From a virus (Duplodnaviria > Caudoviricetes): a DNA stretch of 64,000 nucleotides. Under the pieces are notes generated by a model, which saw only the letters and a list, made by a program, of their open reading frames with translations, did no database searches and had not been told where the DNA came from. Position numbers and translations under genes: made by a program. The stretch covers positions 64,001 to 128,000 of the IMG/VR virus record IMGVR_UViG_2595698357_000001, one strand, 5' to 3'. Below, piece by piece: positions 18,250-27,290 of this stretch; the stretch's first letter is position 1, and the number at the start of each line of letters is the position of its first letter.

Positions 18250-19095
18250 ATGGATATTAAAACTGAACTGGTAACCACCGCATCTTACCCTAACCGCATT
18301 GCTGAAGCCCTGACGACCCTGAGCCAGGCAACTGCAGCAAAGAAAATCTACAACGTAGATTTTGAAGCGACCAAGTCTACCCTGACCCGCGCCTTTGAGA
18401 AGCTGTACCAGGAACGCATTTCCAAAGTGCACCTGTGGGGCGGTCTGTGGGAGAAGCTGAGCGAAGCGGAAGAAGCGGTTTCTGGCGGCATCACCGTGTC
18501 CTCCATCCCTTCTGTACTGAGCGCGCTGAAAAAGGTTAAGGCGTACAAAGGCGAACCAACCCAGTTTATGAAAGACCTGAGCGAAGTGATTGAAGGCCTG
18601 GCTGCAGTAGCCACCGAAATCAACGAGCTGAAGCCGTTCATCGTTAAAGGCCGCAAGCCAAGCGGTAAAGAACCGGCTCCTGAGAACCCAAACAAAATCG
18701 TCAAAACCTGCGCCTGCTGCTTCCGCGCAATCGCTGTGGGCTCTGACGGCAAAATGGTTCACCACGGCTACCGTCGCCCAGGGGACGGCTTCCAGACTGC
18801 AAGCTGCATGGGCATTAGCTACCGCCCACTGGAAGTGTCAAGCGACGGCCTGGTCGCTCTGATCAAGTACATGGAAAAAGAGCAGGTTGAAGTGCAAGGC
18901 CGTCTGGACGAACTGGAAGCCAACGGCGCCAACATGGTAATGCAAAGCCACTGGGGAAAACCAGTTCCGCCGGGCGATGTGTCCCACAAAAGCCGACTGA
19001 GCTGCCTGAAACAGCAGCTGGCCGCACGTATTGATTCAATCGTCCGCAACCTGGTCAGCCTGAACACCAAACTGACCAACTGGAAACCAGAATAA
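18250..19095 (+). CDS. hypothetical early protein with Cys/His (Zn-binding) motif
   Basis: TCACCFR...MVHHGY..PG..QTASCMG. Confidence 0.8.
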   Translation: MDIKTELVTTASYPNRIAEALTTLSQATAAKKIYNVDFEATKSTLTRAFEKLYQERISKVHLWGGLWEKLSEAEEAVSGGITVSSIPSVLSALKKVKAYKGEPTQFMKDLSEVIEGLAAVATEINELKPFIVKGRKPSGKEPAPENPNKIVKTCACCFRAIAVGSDGKMVHHGYRRPGDGFQTASCMGISYRPLEVSSDGLVALIKYMEKEQVEVQGRLDELEANGANMVMQSHWGKPVPPGDVSHKSRLSCLKQQLAARIDSIVRNLVSLNTKLTNWKPE

Positions 19096-19101
19096 CCAAG
19101 G

Positions 19102-19162
19102 GGAGGCTTCGGCCTCCTTTTTATTGAATAAACCTTTACTTCTTTCAATAATCGCGTATTAT
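19102..19162 (+). promoter_or_regulatory. terminator followed by an early promoter with TTATTGAA/TTCAATAA inverted repeat
   Basis: GGAGGC-TTCG-GCCTCC-TTTTT then TTATTGAA...TTTACT...TTCAATAA...TATTAT. Confidence 0.75.
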
Positions 19163-19202
19163 TGAACTTGAGCACACCGCTCTTGAAATGAAGGAACTTT
19201 AC

Positions 19203-19433
19203 ATGAACGCAGTTGAACAGAACGTCCTTTTCAGCAAGCACCAAGGCCACATTAAGGCGAAAGACCTGAAGGTGGTGTACCTGAAAACCGGCTCCATCCT
19301 CCAACGTAGGGACGTCGTTATCCGCTGGTCACGCGGGTATTGGCATGTGTACGACGTAGTGGATAAGGTAGTGTCTCCATCCTCCAGGAGCAGGCACCGC
19401 TTGCTGCTGGACGCTCTCAAATCCGTTCACTAA
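19203..19433 (+). CDS. hypothetical early protein
   Basis: AAGGAA RBS in a conserved leader. Confidence 0.7.
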   Translation: MNAVEQNVLFSKHQGHIKAKDLKVVYLKTGSILQRRDVVIRWSRGYWHVYDVVDKVVSPSSRSRHRLLLDALKSVH

Positions 19434-19524
19434 CTTAACAAGGCCGGGCAACCGGCCTTCGTTGTGGTATCCAGAAACTCCGGGAACTAACTAAAGGATA
19501 AACCCATATCCCGAGGTTAGTGCC

Positions 19525-19974
19525 ATGTCACTCGTTAGCTCGTTCTTCGACTGGATGAACATAATCAATGGCCTGAGGATTCCCGTGGGGAACCTCGGGC
19601 TTTCTCGTTCTTCTATGCCACAAATCGACGATGACAAAGTCGATGCCTTCAAGGATTATCTTGATGGCGCGGGCGTGGAGGTCACAACCCCGCAAATCAG
19701 AATCAAAGACCTGCGGCTCACTCAGAACGAAGTCAACAAGATGAAGATCTGGTCGCTGATGAAACGCTATCGTCAGAAAAAGAGCGTCCAGCGGGTTTGG
19801 GTGTCGTCTGACAATTATGTTGTGGATGGCTCTCACCGCTTCATAGCAGCCCTGAACCTGGATGACAAACAGCGGCTCAAGGTCTACCAGGCGAACATGC
19901 CTGCGCTGGAGCTGGTGAAGCTGGCAAACCGGTTCCAGGGTGTCCGTCATCGCACTGTTTCTGACGCGAGATAA
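19525..19974 (+). CDS. ParB/Srx-like domain protein
   Basis: VSSDNYVVDGSHRFIAA motif. Confidence 0.75.
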   Translation: MSLVSSFFDWMNIINGLRIPVGNLGLSRSSMPQIDDDKVDAFKDYLDGAGVEVTTPQIRIKDLRLTQNEVNKMKIWSLMKRYRQKKSVQRVWVSSDNYVVDGSHRFIAALNLDDKQRLKVYQANMPALELVKLANRFQGVRHRTVSDAR

Positions 19975-20035
19975 TTATTCAATAACTTCATTCGGGGTAT
20001 GATTCTCAGTATTGAAATCAACTGAGGTCATCCCC

Positions 20036-20416
20036 ATGAAAAAGATTACCATCGCACTGGCCCTGACCATGGGGCTGGTCTCAACAGCAAACGCCGGTCT
20101 TCGTCAAGACCACTCCTACTGTGCTGGGTTTTATAACGCTCAGGCCATCGGGGAGATGGGTTCGTTCTCATCGACGTTCAATCTGTTGTTCAACCAAGAG
20201 TTCTCGCCAGCCCAAAAATTAGCCGTCCGCCTATTTACAGAGCAGTCAAATGCGTATAAAAGGATGGGTGGTATCGATCAAGAGTACTATGATCAAGGCG
20301 GCATGGCAGGCGGGGATATCTTCATGAGCGGCCAGGCGACCTTCCGTGGTAAGAAGGTGGGATATGCCGACTTGGATAATTTCTGTAAGGGCTTATTCAG
20401 GGGTAAACCAAGATGA
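20036..20416 (+). CDS. secreted/periplasmic hypothetical protein
   Basis: Sec signal MKKITIALALTMGLVSTANA; TTCAAT-N14-TATGAT promoter at 19978-20003. Confidence 0.75.
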   Translation: MKKITIALALTMGLVSTANAGLRQDHSYCAGFYNAQAIGEMGSFSSTFNLLFNQEFSPAQKLAVRLFTEQSNAYKRMGGIDQEYYDQGGMAGGDIFMSGQATFRGKKVGYADLDNFCKGLFRGKPR

Positions 20417-20718
20417 AACGAATTCTGTTGGCTCTGTTGTTCATAACCGGGGCGGCTCAGGCCGCAGGTCAGGCGGATGATCTCCACACTTGCCTGGCAT
20501 GGTTCTCAACATATGAGCAATTCCATCAGGACGACTATGACACCGGTCTACTGAAAGCGAAGCTGGAGCTGGAGATGAAACTCTCCAAGGTGTACAACAT
20601 AAATCAGATTGAGAATGCGCTGGACACGCCGATGATGGAGTCCGCTGCTGACAAGTCTGAAGAAACAAAGAGCAATCTTCGGTACTGTACCAATATTGCC
20701 AAAGATTTCATTAAATGA
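20413..20718 (+). CDS. secreted/periplasmic hypothetical protein
   Basis: Sec signal MKRILLALLFITGAAQA. Confidence 0.75.
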   Translation: MKRILLALLFITGAAQAAGQADDLHTCLAWFSTYEQFHQDDYDTGLLKAKLELEMKLSKVYNINQIENALDTPMMESAADKSEETKSNLRYCTNIAKDFIK

Positions 20719-20745
20719 TAACAGGGTATTATACAGGGGTGTTAT

Positions 20746-20862
20746 ATGTCTTACAAGTTTCTGGAGTTCACGATGGGTAGTTGGTCACGAGTATTTCTGA
20801 CCTGTGGTATCTTCTGGTTGGCCACCATTGCGACCATGAGCGCTTTCATTTTCACGAAGTAG
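20746..20862 (+). CDS. small membrane protein (38 aa)
   Basis: MSYKFLEFTMGSWSRVFLTCGIFWLATIATMSAFIFTK; TTCATT-N14-TATTAT upstream. Confidence 0.55.
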   Translation: MSYKFLEFTMGSWSRVFLTCGIFWLATIATMSAFIFTK

Positions 20863-20870
20863 GAGATGGC

Positions 20871-21065
20871 ATGATCATCAAAGTTGTAGGAACCCGGAAG
20901 GAGCTGTTGTCAGCCGCCGGTTACAATACCATGAACCCGGCAACGACAGTAGAAGATGTTTCGCCAGAGTTGAAGCGCCGGGTGATTGACGCCCTGGATG
21001 ACCGCTATGATCTGCCGGGCTACAACGTCGTAATCGAAGTTGTTGAGGGCGATTCTGATGAGTGA
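20871..21065 (+). CDS. hypothetical protein
   Basis: AGGAG RBS before MIIKVVG. Confidence 0.65.
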   Translation: MIIKVVGTRKELLSAAGYNTMNPATTVEDVSPELKRRVIDALDDRYDLPGYNVVIEVVEGDSDE

Positions 21066-21333
21066 GAGCGTCTTGAAGGTCATCATGGTGTGCATGTGCC
21101 TTATCATCGGCGCATTCCTCGCGTCCTGTAGTGACAGTGACGGCGCGATCAAGGTGCTGGAGAAGCAGGGTTACACCAACATCAAAACTGATGGTCATGC
21201 CTTCTTCTCTTGCCCGAAGGACTACTCGGTGACCACCAAGTTTGAAGCCACTGCGCCAAACGGCCAGCCGGTCAAAGGGGCAGTATGCCGGGGCTATCTG
21301 TTCCGCAATTCCATTGTGAGCATTGAAGAGTAA
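21058..21333 (+). CDS. putative lipoprotein
   Basis: Lipobox LAS-C; conserved phage motif GY..I..G...F.C...D...T.F.A....G..V.G.VC.G. Confidence 0.7.
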   Translation: MSESVLKVIMVCMCLIIGAFLASCSDSDGAIKVLEKQGYTNIKTDGHAFFSCPKDYSVTTKFEATAPNGQPVKGAVCRGYLFRNSIVSIEE

Positions 21334-21404
21334 CGCTTTCAATACCCACGCATCCAGTAATATAAGGGGACTTACAACAGTCCCCTTTCTTTTGGAGATT
21401 TATC

Positions 21405-21869
21405 ATGAACAAACTGAAGTTTCGTGTGTGGCATGTCCCTCAGATCCCGATGCCTTCCTTCAACGTGGAAGTGCCCACCTATGAGGAGGCTGTCCGCCTG
21501 AAAGACGCCCTCGGCCTGTATGACTTGTTCCAGCTGGAGCACAATGTCAAACCTGACTATTCCAACATGAATGGCATTCAGGTGTTCGACTACTCCCTGT
21601 CCAAGCAGGACATGATCGACATGGAGCTGGAAGACGCATGGGTCGACTTTGACGATGAGTATGACCTGGCTGACATGATCCAGCACATGGTCGATACCGG
21701 CTTCATCTCCCCCGAGTATGCCACTGAGCATGTTTCGCCAGGTATGATCGACGCGGGTAAGGAAGTGCTGCTGAACGTTCCAGGCGGGGAGATAGAGGAG
21801 CAGTCCGACCAGGCTGTTGCCGACATCTTCCGTGCGATGGTCAAAGTACAACAGGAAGAGCGGGAGTAA
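21405..21869 (+). CDS. P22 gp17-like protein (Gp17 superinfection exclusion / anti-exclusion family)
   Basis: RVWHVPQIPM..F.VEV...EEA....DAL..YDLFQ....VKPDYSN. Confidence 0.8.
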   Translation: MNKLKFRVWHVPQIPMPSFNVEVPTYEEAVRLKDALGLYDLFQLEHNVKPDYSNMNGIQVFDYSLSKQDMIDMELEDAWVDFDDEYDLADMIQHMVDTGFISPEYATEHVSPGMIDAGKEVLLNVPGGEIEEQSDQAVADIFRAMVKVQQEERE

Positions 21870-21873
21870 CATC

Positions 21874-22203
21874 ATGAGCAGTGCGATTCAAGATATCATC
21901 AAATGGTACAAGGCTCGCATCGAAGAACGCGGTGAGCCTGACGTAGAATTCGTCGATCCGGGCACTGGCAATACCGTTGACAACTCTGTTGGAGTTCCTG
22001 TGTGGATGTTGAACGCGCTGTTGCGACCACCACGGACGAACGGTCTGAAGCCTTGCCCGTTCTGCTCCAGCCAACCATTGGAAACCCATAACGGGTTCAC
22101 AAGGAACGGCACCCCGGTCGTCACTATATCGTGCACTCGCTGTGAAATCAAATTCTCAGGGGTGCGGTCTGCCACTCGTCGTCGCTGGAATACAAGATCA
22201 TGA
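21874..22203 (+). CDS. Lar-like (restriction alleviation) zinc-ribbon protein
   Basis: LKPCPFC...CTRC...WNTR. Confidence 0.65.
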   Translation: MSSAIQDIIKWYKARIEERGEPDVEFVDPGTGNTVDNSVGVPVWMLNALLRPPRTNGLKPCPFCSSQPLETHNGFTRNGTPVVTISCTRCEIKFSGVRSATRRRWNTRS

Positions 22204-22940
22204 AAGACATAGAGAAACTGAAAGCACAAGCCCCAGAGGGTGCGAACGTTGTCCTGATGCGCCCCAGTGATAAACAGCTGTTCTTCGCCGTGGAGCATGA
22301 ATTTGGTGCCCGGTACTGGACAAGCGACGGCCGTGAGGGGTTCCGTGGGATGGAAGGTCTCTTCCACAACACTGTCCTCCTGGTAGACTTCCGCAACCCG
22401 GTCATGAAGGAAGAGTTCAAGACCGAGATCGCTGTTCCCGTAGCCCCTACCCCACAGCGCGGAAAGAACAACCGTGAAAAGATGTTGAAGTACCAAGAGC
22501 TGGGCAGCAAGGCCGTGCCTAAGCCGCCGGTCAACAGACAACCGCGCGCCGGTACAGTAGCCAAGCAGCGGGAGAGTGATACACGGGCAGTTGAGTCATG
22601 TCCGGCTGGTGATGGGTTTGAGCCTTTGGATGTCCTGGCATGCCGCCAAGGAAAGTATGCGATCCCGCCCGCACTGTCCCTGCACAAGAACGGGAAGGTT
22701 AAGCTGTCCAAGTTTTTCTACACTGGCGAGGCGTTCCAGGGGGATATCTTCATCAACCAGAAAACTTGCCAGATAAAGCTGCGTGTTGCTGCTAAAGGCA
22801 ATGCCAATTTCAACAAGAACGCAGAGACCTTCAGTTCTCCTTTGCGTGACTTAGTTGGCATCAAGGGTGCAGCCCAGCGCATTGAGCTAACACTCGGCCT
22901 GGATGGTTTTTACGTCGGAACGTGGGTTCCACAAAAATAA
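22200..22940 (+). CDS. hypothetical basic protein
   Basis: 246 aa ORF, ATGA overlap. Confidence 0.7.
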   Translation: MKDIEKLKAQAPEGANVVLMRPSDKQLFFAVEHEFGARYWTSDGREGFRGMEGLFHNTVLLVDFRNPVMKEEFKTEIAVPVAPTPQRGKNNREKMLKYQELGSKAVPKPPVNRQPRAGTVAKQRESDTRAVESCPAGDGFEPLDVLACRQGKYAIPPALSLHKNGKVKLSKFFYTGEAFQGDIFINQKTCQIKLRVAAKGNANFNKNAETFSSPLRDLVGIKGAAQRIELTLGLDGFYVGTWVPQK

Positions 22941-23025
22941 CGCTTTATTCAATACGAAAGTGCAGTAAGCTGTAATTCCTTGCAGTACAAGTGTAACACA
23001 AACATCAACCAAATGGAGTAATCCG

Positions 23026-23298
23026 ATGAGTCGTCAAAAACTGGTAGACCAAATCGCTGCCGATAATGGCATCACCAAAGCTGCTGCTGAAGCTGTAGTC
23101 CGTCAATTTACCGCTGGCGTAACCAACGTTCTGAAATCCGGCGACAAAGTGCAGCTGGTTGGCTGGGGCACCTTCGAAAGCAAACGCACCGAAGCCCGCC
23201 AAGGTCGCAATCCGCGTACCGGCGGCACCCTGACCATCGAAGCGAAAAACAAAGTGACGTTTAAGCCGGGTGAAACCCTGAAAGCTGAACTGAACTAA
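23026..23298 (+). CDS. HU-family histone-like DNA-binding protein
   Basis: VQLVGWGTF...ARQGRNPRTG...FKPGETLK. Confidence 0.93.
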   Translation: MSRQKLVDQIAADNGITKAAAEAVVRQFTAGVTNVLKSGDKVQLVGWGTFESKRTEARQGRNPRTGGTLTIEAKNKVTFKPGETLKAELN

Positions 23299-23358
23299 AA
23301 TCTGCCGGCCTCGGCGCCATCGCCTCCAATAGGGTTGTGGGCGATGACAGAAGTAGCG

Positions 23359-23382
23359 AAACCCCGGCGTGTCCGGGGTTTT
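23359..23382 (+). terminator. intrinsic terminator
   Basis: AAACCCCGG...CCGGGGTTTT. Confidence 0.75.
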
Positions 23383-23436
23383 GTCTATCTGGTATTCGGG
23401 CTACAATAAGGCTTTCCCACCCACAGGAGATTTACC

Positions 23437-25155
23437 GTGGTTTATGAACAAAGTCACCCGGCGCTGAAATACATTGACCCAGGAATTCCCCTGGATGTCA
23501 TTGAAGAAAAGGCGCGCGCTCATTTCCCTTTCCCGTCTGCCAACCCCGGCCAGATGGAAGCAATTGTTGAAGCAATTGACGCCTACGTCAACAAGCGCAA
23601 GAAGCACGTGATCATCGAAGCCCCAACCGGCGTCGGCAAATCCCTCATTGGTATCACTATCCACCTTGTCCTGCGTGAGCTGGCGTTGGAGCAGAACCCA
23701 ATGGGGCAATTCCGCACGACGATTTCAACCCCAACCAAGGGGCTGCAAGACCAGTACGCCAAAGAGGACTGCGTGAGCATGGCGATCCTCAAGGGCAAGA
23801 AGAACTACCGCTGCCTGGTCAACAGCGACATCTATTACAACTCAATCCCCTGCCGCATGCAGTGCAAAGATCAGATGTGCTCGCCACGGCGTTGCCCGTA
23901 TGTGTCTGCGCGCAACCTGTGGTGTAATATCGCCGACCTGCGCTGCACCAACTCGGCCATGCTGGTTGAGATGTGTACGTCGTTGTGTATGATGCCGGGC
24001 AACCGGGCGGATTTCCTTATCCTGGATGAGTGTCATAAGATGCCCAACACGTTGCTGGACCATACCATCATGGCCTACGACCGAAGGATGCTGAAGGGGC
24101 TGGAGACGCTTCCTGGTGGTAAAGATATCATTGAGGGTGTTGAGTTCATCCTGAAGTACACAAGCGAGTACCAGCTTGGCGTTCTCTACACCCTTGACTC
24201 TACGCTGACCAACTTGTTCCCACTGTTGCTGGAGCAGGTTGAGAATCTTCTGGAAGTCCTGGATGATTGGATGGAACGTGAAGACCTGACTGATGTGCAG
24301 ATGATGCGATTGGCCGATATGGTTGACACCCTCCACAACCTGTCTGACTATTGCGGTATCATGGACAACACTCAGGCCAAGACCTTCATCGTTCACGAGA
24401 AGGAAGAAGGCATGATCACGTTCAAGGCCGTGTTGCCTGCTGACGTGTCTGAGTTCGGTATGTTCCGCAAGGCCGATTATTATCTCCACATGTCGGCCAC
24501 GATTTGTGGTATCCCGTCCTATGCTCATACCCTGGGTATCCGGTCTGATGACTACCACGCCATCCAGGTCGCCAACCCAATCCCGATTGACAACCGCCGC
24601 ATCAACTATCTCCCTGTCATGAAGGTGGCCAACCGCCTGGAAGATTTTGAGTACAAGCGCTTGGTAGAGAGCATTGACGACATCATTGAGCATCATGAAG
24701 GACAGAACGGTATCATCCACACCGTGAGCTACGAACGTGCTGAGAAGATGCAGCAATATTCCCGCTTCCGCCAGAACATCGTTGTGCCTCGTACCCGTAA
24801 GGCGTTGTTGGAGTCCCTGGACAATGCGATGCGAAACAAACGCCGAATTATCATTGCCAGCCCGGCCATGGTTGAGGGCTACGATTTCAAAGGCGATCTC
24901 AGTCGGTTCCAGATCATCATGAAGGTGCCATACAGCTTCTTGGGGGATCCCCTGGTCGCGCATGTGAACAAGATTGACCCATCGGCGTATTTCCGTGAGG
25001 CTATCCTGAGCATTGTGCAGATGGCGGGGCGGTCAGTGAGGGGAGTCGATGACCATGCGGACACCTACATCATCGACTCCTCATTTGAGATGCTGCTGGA
25101 GAGAAACGGTTCGTTCTTCCCCAGCTGGTTTGTTGATGCCCTGTTTGAGATCTGA
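23437..25155 (+). CDS. DinG/Rad3-family SF2 helicase
   Basis: EAPTGVGKS, Fe-S Cys cluster (NYRC...CPY), LDECH, MSAT, EGYDF, QMAGRSVR. Confidence 0.88.
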   Translation: MVYEQSHPALKYIDPGIPLDVIEEKARAHFPFPSANPGQMEAIVEAIDAYVNKRKKHVIIEAPTGVGKSLIGITIHLVLRELALEQNPMGQFRTTISTPTKGLQDQYAKEDCVSMAILKGKKNYRCLVNSDIYYNSIPCRMQCKDQMCSPRRCPYVSARNLWCNIADLRCTNSAMLVEMCTSLCMMPGNRADFLILDECHKMPNTLLDHTIMAYDRRMLKGLETLPGGKDIIEGVEFILKYTSEYQLGVLYTLDSTLTNLFPLLLEQVENLLEVLDDWMEREDLTDVQMMRLADMVDTLHNLSDYCGIMDNTQAKTFIVHEKEEGMITFKAVLPADVSEFGMFRKADYYLHMSATICGIPSYAHTLGIRSDDYHAIQVANPIPIDNRRINYLPVMKVANRLEDFEYKRLVESIDDIIEHHEGQNGIIHTVSYERAEKMQQYSRFRQNIVVPRTRKALLESLDNAMRNKRRIIIASPAMVEGYDFKGDLSRFQIIMKVPYSFLGDPLVAHVNKIDPSAYFREAILSIVQMAGRSVRGVDDHADTYIIDSSFEMLLERNGSFFPSWFVDALFEI

Positions 25156-25926
25156 TCAGTACCCGGTTATCACAGACAGGTAGCACTTGATATCCGGGGC
25201 TAACGTCGTGACATTGATCAGCATATCGGTCGCATTGTGATCGAAGCTGTACTCAATCAAATCAGCAAGCTGTATCTTGTTGGTGAGGGAGAAGAACACG
25301 TCGTCGCCCCGGTATCCCAACTTGCCATTGACATCCTGCCACTCCCCGGTCTGAGGCCGGAATGCGTGGATGCGGATCTCAACCATGTGGAACATGGATT
25401 TCGGGATCTTCTTCAGCAGATTGGTTCCGATGACAGGGAACGTGACATCCACGTCTTGGCCACCACGGTTGTCGATGACAGCCCAACCGTAGACCGGATC
25501 ACCGCCTGGAACTGGAGTGCGCTTCCAGAACTGGAATTCCGGGTTGCCTGAACGGTTGCTCTGGACTAGAATGACCTCACCACCAGTGAACTGTGAAGTG
25601 TCAATCTCGTCCCGAGCCAGGTAGTCAGCTGGGCTACCAACAAATTTCCAGGTATCACGATCCAGCAGTGATTTATAATAGTCCGTGAACACATGGCTAT
25701 CGCCAGCGTTGTTGATTGCGTCTTTGAGACCTTCACCTGTGACCATCTCATTGAGTTTGAGCCACATGTTTTTGACTGCTGAGGCAGCGGATACGGTGCC
25801 AGGAGGACCACCCACAGTGTAGTCATATTCGATATTTGACGCGTCGAGTTTGTTACCGATTGACAACAGCAGTTGCTCTATCTGCGCTGCTGTCAAACTA
25901 AAGCGATAGCTATCTGGTTTCATCAT
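25156..25926 (-). CDS. putative virion structural protein (late)
   Basis: TATAAATA on the minus strand at 25962-25969; GAGG RBS. Confidence 0.7.
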   Translation of the reverse strand: MMKPDSYRFSLTAAQIEQLLLSIGNKLDASNIEYDYTVGGPPGTVSAASAVKNMWLKLNEMVTGEGLKDAINNAGDSHVFTDYYKSLLDRDTWKFVGSPADYLARDEIDTSQFTGGEVILVQSNRSGNPEFQFWKRTPVPGGDPVYGWAVIDNRGGQDVDVTFPVIGTNLLKKIPKSMFHMVEIRIHAFRPQTGEWQDVNGKLGYRGDDVFFSLTNKIQLADLIEYSFDHNATDMLINVTTLAPDIKCYLSVITGY

Positions 25927-25970
25927 CTGTTCCTCTGGTGAACATTACACAAGCAATGGGGTATTTATAC

Positions 25971-26510
25971 ATGATTGAGATTTACAGTGACGGTGGTAGT
26001 TACCCAGCCACAACAAAGGCTGCTGGATGGGCGTTTGCGATTGCTCCTCTAAGCAACGAGAAGCCGTGGCGGATATTCTTTGGGCACTTACCACCCCCAT
26101 CAACCAATAACATCGCTGAGATGCTCGGAGCGCTGAATGCGATGCGTTTTATGTATCACTTCCATCTCAAGACCGGCAAGCGGCTTCCCCCAGTAAAGAT
26201 CATCTCCGACAGTCAATATGTCATCAAGGGGATAACTGAGTACCGGTTCAAGTGGGAGGTCGAGGGCTGGCCTGAGAAGAATCACCAGATCTGGTGTGAC
26301 ATATTTGACACCTTCTACAAGCTGCGTGAAGTGTGCGACCTGACGTTCGAATGGGTGTACGGCCACAGGGGGAACAAGGGGAATGAGATAGCCGATCAGT
26401 GGGCAACCCGTGCCAAGGAAGACAGTAATCTCTGTATAAATAACTCGGCAATGGTTAGCTCAAAAGTAACCGGCGATTTCATCACGTTCCTGGCCGAAAG
26501 CGGCTATTGA
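25971..26510 (+). CDS. rnhA: ribonuclease HI
   Basis: YSDGGS, TNNIAEM, SDSQY, WVYGH.G..GNEIAD. Confidence 0.9.
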   Translation: MIEIYSDGGSYPATTKAAGWAFAIAPLSNEKPWRIFFGHLPPPSTNNIAEMLGALNAMRFMYHFHLKTGKRLPPVKIISDSQYVIKGITEYRFKWEVEGWPEKNHQIWCDIFDTFYKLREVCDLTFEWVYGHRGNKGNEIADQWATRAKEDSNLCINNSAMVSSKVTGDFITFLAESGY

Positions 26511-26525
26511 TTTGAGGGCAATGTC

Positions 26526-27290
26526 ATGGGTATGCACTATGTTGACCGTGGTAAAACGGCAAAGATCTATTTCACCGACGAAGACAACGACAAAATTGTT
26601 GCGGTCTTGCGCGAGTGGATCCCATTAAAGAAACAGGCGATGGCGGAAGAGAAGCCCTTCCCGAAAGTCCCTGAGGTCGTCGGGGCTGCTGTCTACCAGA
26701 TAGTCCACAACACCAGCATGCGTTACAACTACCGTCAATATCCTTTCCGCGAGGACATGGTTGGTGATGCTGTCTACAACATTCTCCGTTATCTTCACAC
26801 GTTTGACCCGTTCCTGGTCGGAAAGAAGTCAGGAAAGATCAACTTTTTCTCATGGGTGACCATGTGTCTTGACCGCAGCTTCTCCAAGAAGATCGGCGAT
26901 GAAGAGACCCAGACGTACCTGAAATATCGCAGCTTTGAAGAAGTCGGCGGCTTCGCGGCGTTCAATGACGACCCTGACTTCCAGCAAAACGATTTCATCG
27001 AGAACACAGGCATCGCCATGGACTTCCGTGAGCGCATGGGCGAGTTCGAGCAGAAGCGTGAAGCCGCCCGTGAGAAGGAACGCCTCAAGGCTCAGGAAGT
27101 CAAGAACGCTCAGAAAAAGACCAACGTTTCAAAAGGATTAGCTCAATACCTCTCTAGAAGTAAAAATACCCCACCAACAGCAGATGCCATGGGCGATGAC
27201 GTACCCAACCCGGCCGAATACGAGTTTGACCAAACGTTGGGTGAATTCCCGGATCTGAAACCATCAAAGAGAGGTGTTAAATGTCAATAG
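26526..27290 (+). CDS. 55: late-transcription sigma factor gp55
   Basis: HYVD, YNYRQYPFREDMVGDA, FDP...NFFSW; precedes 47-46. Confidence 0.88.
   Translation: MGMHYVDRGKTAKIYFTDEDNDKIVAVLREWIPLKKQAMAEEKPFPKVPEVVGAAVYQIVHNTSMRYNYRQYPFREDMVGDAVYNILRYLHTFDPFLVGKKSGKINFFSWVTMCLDRSFSKKIGDEETQTYLKYRSFEEVGGFAAFNDDPDFQQNDFIENTGIAMDFRERMGEFEQKREAAREKERLKAQEVKNAQKKTNVSKGLAQYLSRSKNTPPTADAMGDDVPNPAEYEFDQTLGEFPDLKPSKRGVKCQ

Noticed and set aside
19525-19974. ParB as a plasmid-prophage partition system
   Set aside because: Only a short ParB/Srx domain, with no ParA, HTH or parS array; the genome is of a lytic type
3554-25155. Cas4-like exonuclease plus DinG suggesting a type IV CRISPR system
   Set aside because: Genes are about 19 kb apart, no repeat-spacer array or Cas5/6/7 seen, and the exonuclease sits in the usual uvsY-uvsW context
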